Positions 48,658-60,000 of a DNA stretch of 60,000 nt are shown here, in pieces. Origin of the DNA: Amphiscolops sp. MND2022 (Eukaryota); the NCBI GenBank assembly GCA_964187785.1, contig OZ076409.1:67210001-67270000 (forward strand), written 5' to 3'. Below the pieces are notes generated by a model. The model did not search any database. It was not told where the DNA came from and was given only the letters and a program-made list of their open reading frames with translations. Position 1 is the first letter of the stretch; every line of letters begins with the position of its first letter. The position numbers were made by a program, and so were the translations under genes.

Positions 48658-50434
48658 CTGAAAAAGGAAATCGCTATTTTTGTCAATCTGTGACGTGAGA
48701 ACAATAGCTGCAACAGTTTAGCAGGGCTAAGATCTCAAAAAAGATTTGCTTAATCTTATCGTTCGATAGCGCTCCGTGAAAAAAAATGAACAAACAAACA
48801 GCAGTCACAAAAATTTCCAGCCCAGCTCCCGTCCATTGTTTTTCTGTCTTGCTTCATTCCAGTGTCGAATGAGGTCATATTTCGAAGCAACCAGCTACAG
48901 TTTACTCACAAAAGTCTGCTTTTGAACTGAAACATGTATGCTTAACATGTAAGGCAAAGACATTATCGTAAATTGAACCAGAAAAATTTCACGTGAATCA
49001 GTTGTTAGTAATCTCATAAATTATTTTTCATTTAGTCAGATGTTGTGATTAAATATTTTGTGCCTTTAACGCTAACGAACGTAATCGAATATAACAGAAG
49101 CGAAAGTAACAGAAACTTCTGGATCGAGTTTAGTTCTGAATTAGTTTGAAAAAAACACTAGGTTTTTGATGCCCGGAATTACGCCCAAGGACATTGCGGC
49201 CAAATTATGGGAGCACCAAACAACGTCCAAAAGTGCTGATAGGAAATAGTGTCCAAAGTAGGCAATCGTGATCTTTCACGGTCATATATCGCTAGCGCCC
49301 TGAACGCAGGAGCGAAGCGGAGTAGAGCGCCGTGCCTAGCGACTTATATTGACGATGGCGGACTGAAGCAGCCCGAAGAGTGCCAAAAGGAGGAAGGCAT
49401 AATCATCCAATAAATTTTTGTAAGTATTACGCGTTAGGTTCCTTTTTGACGGAAAAGCAGTCGTTCATTATAATGAATTGAAAAACAAGTTTTAATGGGA
49501 GGGTTTCTTACCTCAATGATGGTTGGCTTATTGACCTACGAAATATCCTGCACGTGTGGATTGTTTTGTGATGTACAGTTTTCCACGAATACAACAATTT
49601 TAAATGAGATTTGCTTCAAGAAGGATTTGTTGTTCTTGGATGATTCCGAGTTCATACTAACCCTAATGCCTATTCGGTTCCCTTTTTGCTCTGTTGGCCA
49701 GTTTTAAAACTGAAACAATTTGATAGAAATTAAACTCCAATTATTGCTGTAGTGGGTCGATCGCTCATACTGTTTTTGTAGGAAGTTCCGCCTGCGATGA
49801 GAATGTACAGGTCATAACAGCAGGAGCAAAAACTAAATTGCTCCCAGGAGTGTCTCCGCTGTAAAGAGGCACTTGGTTTCACTGGGCACCATCAAAACGT
49901 AGCTCATCACCCTATTGGTAACATTGATGTAAAACAGCTGTTTGTACTAGCTTCAATCATTTTCGAATAAAGGTTAGTTTCATAGGAGAGTGAGATATAC
50001 ATTTGCGTTCGCATTCGTTCGTTCGCATTCATTTTTGGATGTATGCAGTGATTGTAAAATACTTTCAAGAAATTTAGGTCCACTGTAGAAGGTCAAACAA
50101 ACGCGTTCAACTGGTGAGGTACTGAAGATCAGTTGACGCGATTTCCGTCTTACATATCAATGCGCCATTCATGGTACTGATTTTGAATCCATTAAAACAC
50201 ACGTCCAGTTGTAGATATATTATATTTAGTTAAGAACGTGGATATTTGATGTGGATATGTTCTCTAATGTGTCCATTAGGTCATCATTAAAGTCAAATAC
50301 GTGTAAATGATGCCATGCAGTATGAAAATCATTTGTAAAATGCTATTTAAGCTGCAGTTGTAGTGTCATATTCTTGATCACTCACTTGAGAGTCAATTGA
50401 ACTCTCTCTTCTGTGTTTAATCTGGAACGTGGAT

Positions 50435-50870
50435 CTAACCCTTTTTAGGGAAGTCTACGCATGTCTCACGGCAGGTTTCAACATCAGGGTTCCGATACAG
50501 TCCATCTGACCGAAGATACACTTTTGCATTTAGGTCGATATTTTGCGCCTTTACAGAATTTCGAATATTCGGCAAGACTTTTTCTGTAATTGCTAAGTCT
50601 ATTGAATCGAGAATTTCCGAATTCAGGTCCGACCTCATTTCTTGCAATTTCCTAGACATCTGAGTTGTAATTTCAGTGACGCCACTTGTCATGAACATTA
50701 TGACTAGGTAAATCACCAATTTGGTGACCTTCGTCCTGTTCATTTCTCGGATTGTTTTTTGAATTCAGATTCCGCTTAACTTCGGGATTAGGCTCCGGTG
50801 TCTCGGCCGGAACGTTCCACCCTTTTCTGGTCACATGTCCTGATCCAGCCATGATAACATTTTGGGGCAA
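50435..50870 (-). pseudogene. Relic gag fragment of a related Gypsy family
   Basis: MSRKLQEMRSDLNSEILDSIDLAITEKVLPNI parallels MSREMEAMMDLMQSQITRTISSAISERIIPEI in the gag at ~34300. Confidence 0.55.
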
Positions 50871-52089
50871 TACCTGATTGCTCCCCCCCCCGCAAAGAGA
50901 AAGTCGCCGGAGACGGCCAACAGAACTCTACGGAATCGATGTAGTACTGAAAATCGACGAATAAGACAAAAATAAGAAAGCCAAAGAACCTGAAGTTAGA
51001 AATATCTGAAACAGAAGAAACATGAAACATTGCAACTACATTCATACTTTACCATACTATTACATTATCTTACAGTCATGTAATCTGAAATAAAATAACA
51101 TCATCACTTCTGGAACCATTTATTAACATGTAATGAGAACCCCAGGTGTTATGTCAAAACGGGGAGTGTGACAGAGAACTAAAAACAACAGTTACACTAG
51201 AGATGTTATTCACTAACACCTGTCACAAAAATGCTAGAATGAAATGCAAAACACTACGTTTAGTTGCTGTTGCCTTTACATTGAGATACAGTTCATAATA
51301 CATTGTTATCTCCCCTTCTTTCTTCCTTCTTACATTGCCTCTCAGTAGTCTTTAACAGGAATGGAAAATTGGAATAAATGAAAGCAGGCCCTTTGCACTA
51401 GCTTCAGTAATTTAGGTCCAGTAGTTTAGTAGTTCTGTAAAAAGTGTCAACTACGCATTCATTCTGTTATCTGACAAAAAAAGAAAAAAATTGCCACTCT
51501 ATTAGTCGGGCTTCTTTTCCTTTAAAAGACAATGCGCCGAATAAAAAATATATTCGAAGCTTATACTTTGTACGAAAGTTGTACATGACGTTATGTCGTA
51601 AGAGACCTGTTTAAAAAGTTTTTCTGAATTCATTTGAAAAATTTGACGCTCATATGAACCTTATCCGTTTTTATTCGCCTTATTTACTCCTATTACTGCA
51701 AAATGTTTCAAATGATTTTAGAATATGTTTTTATACGTCGAAGCCAAGTCCCGGCCTCAGACAAAAACGGGAATAAACAGCGCCACGTCTGAATTGATTA
51801 TTATACCCGAGTCATTTCAGCCTCTAAACGTGGTTCGGGGTATTCCAATTAAATAACTTCGGTTCTTTCTTAACTTTTAACACAAATGCTTTACTTCGTC
51901 TTTTGGGAAACAAACTTAGGGATACACGTTTTTATATTCATTACAAGGACACCTGGTTCCTCAAGCAGCTTCACACATGCAGGGTTCAGTCATTTACTAG
52001 AAACATCCATTTGACCATACATAAAAGATTCATCAACGTTAAAATCAGGCATTTGTTGCAATTTGTTATCGCTCTATAAGCCCTCTCTG

Positions 52090-55000
52090 CTCTGTCTCAT
52101 AGAACGGTATTATATGTTCATAGAACGGTAATAACATTAATATATGTAATTATGGTTCACTGGGTGCATAATACTGATAAGAAAAGATTGAAGACATGCC
52201 TCCTTGGAAGACATCTTTTCTAACAATTGGCGCTCCTGGGAAAAAGAACGAGATTGGACTGGAACTGGATCCTGCTTCCTTTTCAAGGTTTCGATTACAA
52301 ATCGCGGAACCTTTTTCAAGGGCCATTGTACGAAGCCTGTTTTTCGAGACTGTTTTCCGCAAAGCCTCTTCCAGTATTTTTAAAGGAGTATCCTACTGGT
52401 TATGAACGCTCTATACCGAGTTTTTGACAGAACCCTGAAAACGATTTGATGCCATTTTGCGACGTTGCATTTCTATGATGCCTACAGTTTTTCTACCAAA
52501 GACCCTTTTTGATGACTATCGGATCTACGCGGAATGACAACTACCGAAAAACCCTTTTCGCCCTTACCCTTGCTGCCCTGATGAGAGTGCTTGGGTAGTT
52601 TTTTTCCGCGAAAGGCCATTTGTAAAAACAACACACTTAGACTTTCACCAGGCAAAAAACATTGCTCGAAATATTTTAGGGTGCAAAGTCTTTCTCAATT
52701 AGTCAAACTCTCAAAAATTCGGTAAGATTCAAAAACATTCCGACCGTCGCCGTTGCTCTACGATAGCATACACAGGTAATCTTTCAGGTCTAGGTGAATC
52801 CTGATTCGTCCAGATCTTCAATTCCTTTTCCGGCTCTTGCTAGTGTTGTTTTCGCACGCTTCATCCCTGTTCCTCGTACACAAAAACCTACTCTTCGGGG
52901 TATTTTTTGTGTACACTTCGGGCTCAAAAGTGTGTTCGCTGTTCACGCAGCTACGAACGGATATAACAAGTTCAGTGTGTTGTTTTCTCTTTTCAACTAA
53001 CCAGAGAACAACGAAGATGGTCAACCCTGAACAGCAGACCCTGCAGAATCAGTCCAAGCTGCACGATATCAAACTCAAGAAAACCTTGCTGATCAGCTAG
53101 CAGCTCACATGACGCTCGATGACTTGGAACCATACTTGCAGAAATCAGATGAGGCATCAATCCTTGACCTTCATTACAAAAACAAAATAAGCTCTCGACA
53201 TTTACAACGAGAAAATATTTCGCACAGAAGCTATCTGTCAGACTCAGTTCCAGGATCTCATCGCCACTTTTAAGAAGAAAGGACGCGACATCAAAAATAG
53301 CTACCGACTACCCGAATCAGCAAAATTTTTCTCCTTCCACGTCACATGACAACCCGTATGCCAACATTCTCGACATGACCGCCGAACAACTTTCTCGTCA
53401 CCTAGCACAATCTACTGATTGTATTAACTTAAGTGCTGGTGATCCTCCTCTTAGTCATTTCAATATCTGAATAAATGACACTCCACAAGTACGTCAAAGC
53501 CAATTCGAGCAGCCTCATTTAGTCGAGTATCAAGGAACATCTACCCTGCCACTCACGGAATACCAAACCATTGTCCCGCGAACCCAGCGCAACCAGCACA
53601 GCCCTCTACAACAGTTGACCCATACTACAACAGAGGTCATATCGCCTACGTTTACGACCTTCACCAATACCCTTCAAATTCCTCAGTTTGCCATCAACCC
53701 TGCCGGCCCAGGTCCCAATCAACGCTTTCATCTAGAGCAATCAAACCTAATCTCATCACGTATCTCGTTTCAGCGCCATTCGTCCCGCAGTTTCCCACAA
53801 CACATAGTCTAGCCGGATCCATTTTCCATCAAACACAGACTGTTTAAGCTTCTCTCCAACCCGTTAATGCTAATTGCTCAACTGCTCCGTCTTCAAATAC
53901 GCCAGCTACTATTTCGCTTGCTTTTCCTGTTCAACTGAATTCAAATACTTCCGTATATACTTCCGTGAATGTCGGAGCTGTTGGTTTGTCTAGACAAGGA
54001 ATGCGACTGTTTCCGGAATCAGAGACGTGGAGGGACTTGTGGTGCAGAGCACTGCAAAAGGGTTTGAATCAGCAGTTGGACGAGGGGCAGTATTTTTATA
54101 ATTAGCTTTCACCGAGACAGTTGAAAAAGAGATGCAAAATTTTAACCTGCTGTATTCGATATTTGATGGAAGAATCAAGATACTGCGGCCAGTGAGTGAT
54201 TTTGTGGTTCTGTTGACAGGGAGGACCAACCAGTCTGCTCAACCAGTATCACAGCCTGAAATGTTCACAACATAATGGCTCACTAATCCACCTCCTCAGT
54301 ATGCGAGTAATGGCTGCATCAAACTACCGCCAATACAAATACCGATGTTCGATGGTGATCCAATCGCTTTCCACGATTGGATTAAAATCTTCAAGGCCTC
54401 CGTCCACGAAAACACTTCAATATCCCAAAAACATCGAATTACATACCTTCAGAACTTAGTCAGTGGCAAAGCAAAAGACCTTATTCGAGGTAATTCTTGT
54501 AACCATGCAGTTTACAACAATGCTTTGATTGAACTAGTATCTCGCTTTGGATCTCCACAACACATCGTCACTGCATACAAACACCGCCTTGAAAACTGGG
54601 CCCATATCTCTTCCCAGAAACCTCATACGTCTGTTTCCTTCTCACGTTCCTGAAACAACTCGTTCAAACATTCATAAACCTTCGATTCACCGCCGACCTT
54701 CATTCGTCAACAGGACTCATTATTGCTAAGGAGAAACTTCCTCACAGCCTCCCTCTCAAATGGACAAAACACACTGTCAAGAACAACATCACCGCACCAA
54801 CGTTGCTTCATTTTCTGCAATGGCTGGCGATTCAAGCCAAAGTTGTTGACGCTGTTGATCCGAACTTTACTCGACTAACAAACCACCTGTTCTGCACGCG
54901 GGATCATCGTCTCCTTCGCAAATTACTCAAAAAAAAACAAAACGATTGTCCTCTCTGTCAACAGAACCACAAAATCATTCGCTGGCCGCAGTATCTCGAT

Positions 55001-58000
55001 TCTTCCATCCAATATCGAATACAGCAGGTCAAAAGTTTGCATCTCTGTTTCAACTGTCTCGGTGAAAGCCAATTGTAAAAATAATGCCCCTACTCCTGTG
55101 TCCATACTTTATGGAGACAAAGTTTCTCACACTTACGCCTTGATCGAACCTGGAAGCTCTAGAACTTACGTGCTCGATAGCATCAGCCGCTCTCTGAATT
55201 TAGAAACTGGTCATCAATTTGATTTAGATGTTCACTTCATGAACTTTTTTCGTTCCTTCTCAGTCCGTCACATTGCTTTCAAAATCGCTCTTTATGCCGA
55301 CAATTAAACACAATTGGAAGTCAAAACGCTTATACTACATCTTGCTTCAACAATCCACAGGCAAATGTCTCCGATTTGAATAGCATTCGCCAAACAAACT
55401 CGTTGCTCCTCCATATCAAATTCCCCGACATTGACAAAGGACGCATCGGCGTTCTCCTTGGAACGTCGTGCGTACAGTTGACACACGCTTGTAATGGATC
55501 CGAGTATCCCCCAACCGACCTTTCGGTTTCCGCACTGAACTCGACTGGACCATCACCGGCAAGTTTAAACATCGTAAACGAGCAAAATCGTCCGTTCGAA
55601 AACATTTCATCCTGTCCGCCGCAACCCAACTGCACCAGAACGATTGTGATCTGTTTTCTCCCGACATACTTGAACGATATTGGTCAATTGAAACAGCAGC
55701 CAATGAACTCACCGAAATCTTCGTTTTCTACTATGTTGACAAAGAAGCCCTGCAAATGCTTGAAAAGAAGTGTAGCCACAACGGCGAACGTTATGAAATT
55801 TGCCTTCCGAGTAAGACTGTTGTTCACCTACCAAACAACTACTACGCCGCCCTCAACCGTGTTCGCACCCTCGAAAAACGTTTAACTCGCAATCCCGATT
55901 TGAAGAAAAAATTCGACGAAAAACTGACCACAGATCTTGAGAAACAGTATGTCAAGCCCGTTATAAAGCAGAATCCGCCGCCTGAAAAAATGGTATTTAC
56001 CGACTCATCCCGTAAAAAACCCTAACAAACCCGGCAAAGTCCGTCGCGTTGCAAATGCTCCCTCGAAGTATAAGAATGAATCCTTGCACTCCAGGATCCT
56101 CACAGGACTTGAGCTTCTTGCTAACATGCTAGATCTCATCCTCCGTTTCCGTGAAAACACCGTTGGTGTCGTCATCGAAGGAATGTTCTTGCAAATCGCA
56201 ATCCGCCTCGAAGATCAGTCAGTCTTCCACTTCCTTTGGATGTCCGATAAAAGTGTTCTCCAATACCAGTACATCCGCTTCATCTTTGGTGCAAACTGCT
56301 CCCTGTTCTGCGACATATTTGTACTCCGTCGTTGCGCTCAAGATTTTCGCCACACTCATTCCCCCGACGTATTTCATTCCGTGCCTAACACTTCTTACAT
56401 GGATGATTTTATCTAATTTTTCTCAACGATCGCCGCCGACCGCTGACTGACAAAAGATCTGCGTACCGTCCTCCATCGTGGAGGTCTCCGTCCGACAAAG
56501 TTCATCGAACAACAGTGATGCCCTGTCCTGTATCCCTGTCGAAGACTGTGAGAAACCTATACCTGAAGCCAAGGCTTTGGGTCAAACGTGGTGTCTTCGC
56601 ACTGACTTCTATACCGCGCCGCCACCTGAGTCCGTTGATAATCCGACCACGCTCAGACAACTTTTCAGGTTGGTTGCATCTATATTTGACCCCATCATCA
56701 TACTATCACCGTTAGTAATACACTTCAAGACAATCCTTCAAACGTGGTCTAACTTGCGAGCAGGCAATTCCGGATCACATTCAATCCTCCGTAAATAAAC
56801 TCACTGATTGGTCCCGCGCAATTCCGACTGTCTCCGTACCTCGCCGTGCTTCCGATCAGCTACAACCGTTGAACTCCACATCTTCACTGACCCATCTATT
56901 ACCGCTTTCGCTGCTGTCATCTATGCCCGTCAACTAGATTCTTCGCACACCTCAGCTCAACAAATTTTCGTAATCGGAAAGAGTCGTGTCTCGCCAATTA
57001 AACAAAAAAGCATTCCAAAACTGAATTTAAAGCCGCCGTTCTTGGAGTACGTCTGCTACAAACCTTCCGTAAAGCTTTCTCTTGCATCTTCCCAGTTGTG
57101 AAAGTTTTAGACCGTTTTTTAGACAGTTGTGTTGTTTTGGTCTGGATACAGCGACAGAACAATCTCAAGGGTTTTGTTGCCCAGAGCGTAAATGGAACTC
57201 TACATTACGACCTGCTCGAATGGAACTACGTTCCAACCAAACAAAACCATGCAGATCACGGCACCCGTGGTCTCAAACCCGAAAAAATTTCCGCCAAATG
57301 AATCAAAGGTCGCGCAACAAACTCGAACCTTTCCGACCGTTTATCGACCAAGCTTCACTCTTGCGCTCTGATGGCCTTCTCATATAGCCACCGCTCACTC
57401 AAGCAATTCGTACGCCTCTTCTAGTCGACTCGAAGGAGCCCATAACAAAATTCTACCAGAAGCATGCTCATGAAATCTGCTGACAAGCAGGACGTGATTT
57501 CGTTAAAGCTTCTGTTCAACAACGATTCATGGTTCGCGGGATCCGAGCCGCGTTACGATCAGTCAGTTTTCGCTGTTTTATCTGCCGCCGTTTCCGTGCT
57601 ATAAACTTTCAACCAGAAATGGCTTCGTTACCACAACTACGCACAACTACGCCCAGTCCCGAAACCGTTTCCTTTCGAAAAAACAAAAGTTGACCTCTTC
57701 GGTCTCTTCTTCATTGTGAACTGCTGTAAAACTGAGAAGCACTTCGGTATCAATTTCAACTGCCTTGTCACCCGCGCCTGTTATCTCGTATTCTGTTCCA
57801 GCAAAAACATCGACAGTTTTTGAATGCATTCCGCCACTTCATTGCCATACGAGGACACCCGCGTCTGTTGCGCTCCAATAACAGTAAAATCTTTGTCGGA
57901 GTTCGCCGCAAATTGCAAGCCTTTCTGACCAATGGCTTTTCAGAAAGAAATTCCCCATTCTGAAGAAATCCATTTTTATCCCTCCTTCAGCGCCCTTTTT

Positions 58001-58755
58001 TGGTGGTCCCTGAGAAAGGATGTTTCAAACTGCAAAACGAACAATTCTGATTATTCTTGGATATCAAAAACGAACACTTGAAGTTTCTACAAGAATTTTA
58101 GCGTAAACCGATCTAATGCTAAACTCGCGACCTTTCACACATGTTAACGACCTGCCAGAAAACGAAGAACCTCTCACACCCAACAACTTCCTTCTACGCC
58201 TCCCATTCACCAACGTGCCACCCTTTATTTTCGAAGATACAGATAAACCACTCAGTTTCAATTCCTGGAAAGAAGTCCAAAACGATTCTAACCATTTTTG
58301 GAAATGATTCTTGAAAAAGTACCTGCCAACTCTGGATCGGCGACACAAATGGAACAAAGCAACACCTTCTCTAAAAGTCAATGATTTTGTCTGGCTGCTG
58401 CAAGACTTCACTCCTCCAGGCATTTGGCCACTGGGAAATTAAACAACCACCCGCCCTGTGCACAGTTAAAACAGCATTCGGAACCTTCGAACACCTATTC
58501 GCTTTCTCCGGTTTTTGCCCCATAACGTTTCGCTCGAACGAATCGCTCAATCATTTATCATTACATAATCGCCTTGCCCCTGTCCTGTCTGCAGCTTGGG
58601 GGTGGAGCCTGTCATGAATGACTCATCAAACTACTATGAACTAAATGAAAAACATTATCTTTTAATATATTTAATTATGATTCACTGGGTTGCATAATAC
58701 TGATAAGAAAAGATTGAAGATATCCCGCCTTGGAAAACATCTTTTTTTTACACCT
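52090..58755 (+). mobile_element. Old, heavily decayed BEL/Pao LTR retrotransposon
   Basis: FDGDPIAFHDW (gag), CPLCQQNH/LCFNCL, YALIEPGSS (protease), KVRRV and YMDDF (RT), ELHIFTD and KSRVSP (RNase H), LNSRP..LTPNNFL (integrase); PPT GGGGGTGGAGCC then TGTCATG at 58610; shared segment 52136-52220 vs 58663-58748. Confidence 0.85.
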
Positions 58756-60000
58756 TGCGTCGCGGACGTGGAATTCGAGACTTTGTTGGTATAGTGATTG
58801 CGTGGTACGTTTCACCTCGATTTTTGTTTGATCGCTTTCTCGATAGTAACTTCCACTTGGTGCCCCGGGATTTGTTTCTTATGAGCACATGTCACTCGCC
58901 CTTGGAAAAGTGTTCTGCTTCCATATGGAAGGTTGCAACGTTTTGGTATTAGAAGCCTTTCGGAACAATTTAGATATATTTTTTGGAATTTTCCTCCGAG
59001 TATTTTTGCCAAACACCCGCATCAGTGGCTGTCGAGAAGGTTCACAGATCGAATAGCTCCTGCGATAGTCCAGAATTACCTGCCTCCGATAGCAAACGTC
59101 TTCGCGCGTAGTTTCCGGTTACTTGGACAAAGCAAGCCTTTTCGTTACTTCGACGAGCTTCAAAAGGCATTCGACATTCATCGGAACCAAGAATTTATCT
59201 AAGAGGAAGTTGTGGAATATCTTGATATTTAGTCGGCTCGTTTTCCTTTAAAGTAAAAACCCATCTAATACAGTAGAAGTTTTTTTCTTTTTTTGTCAGA
59301 TAACAGATGGATGCTTAGTGGACACTTTTTACAGAACTACTAACCCTTCCTTGTTGAACTTGCTTGAACTTTTTATATATTCTTTAAAGTTGCCAGCAAC
59401 TTTTTCATTGATTTTTCAAGTCTCTTACGGAAACTTTAATGGGTTATTATTTCCCTGTCATCATCTTTTATCAAGCTGCTTGAAAGAATCATCAAAGTTT
59501 TGGCGGCAATTTATATCCGTTTTTTTTTGCAAAATAACTTCATTCACAATGTAAACAGCAAACTAGCGTCATTTTCAGCGTCTTCTTTGAGAAGCGGTGA
59601 TTAAATCAGATGAATATTTGAGAAATCAATGTGTGAATACAACGTGATCATGTTCGTAAATGAAGAGGGAAATATTTTCAAATTTAATTGCCGTAGTGTA
59701 AAATGCAGTGTAATTCTACAAGTTTTACTTTTGGAACCTTACTGAATTTTCTAGCTTCTATAAATAATTACTCTGCGTGCAAACCTGCGGCATGTAAAAA
59801 GTTCCAGCAGTCTCAATTAGTGCACACTGTAATATTTACTGTAAGAGAATGTTTAGAAAACATGTGTCGTGGTACGAGGTGCATGATGGAAACGATCTTG
59901 TTACAATCTTACTATGAAAGGCGTGTTGCTGAGAGGGTCAACCTGGGTTTGGTCTTTTGACTCTCTTTAGTGCATAATGCGTTCCCGTGTTCCAAGTTGC

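Overview
Repeat-dense animal (invertebrate) genomic DNA with spliceosomal introns and one 200-N assembly gap (22186-22385). A minus-strand host gene is scattered across about 11-48.7 kb. It has Ig-like exons, an FN3-like exon, a TM exon and a possible tyrosine-kinase-like exon, and shows several splice/frame anomalies. Its introns and flanks contain: a young non-autonomous BEL/Pao LTR element (15996-21982; ~99% identical LTRs, 5-bp TSD, tandem array of primer-binding sites); a large Ty3/Gypsy element (>=22386-35555, minus strand); a CR1/L2-group LINE; an I-group LINE; a CRE-clade element; a decayed BEL/Pao; and several MITEs. The most striking observation is a 5-exon, ~1198-aa gene on the + strand (23426-27493), tail-to-tail with the Gypsy pol and apparently inside the element. 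It looks like a zinc-finger, catalytically degenerate hAT-transposase derivative, i.e. a spliced antisense cargo gene in a giant retrotransposon. All family assignments come from motif recognition by eye; no searches were run.
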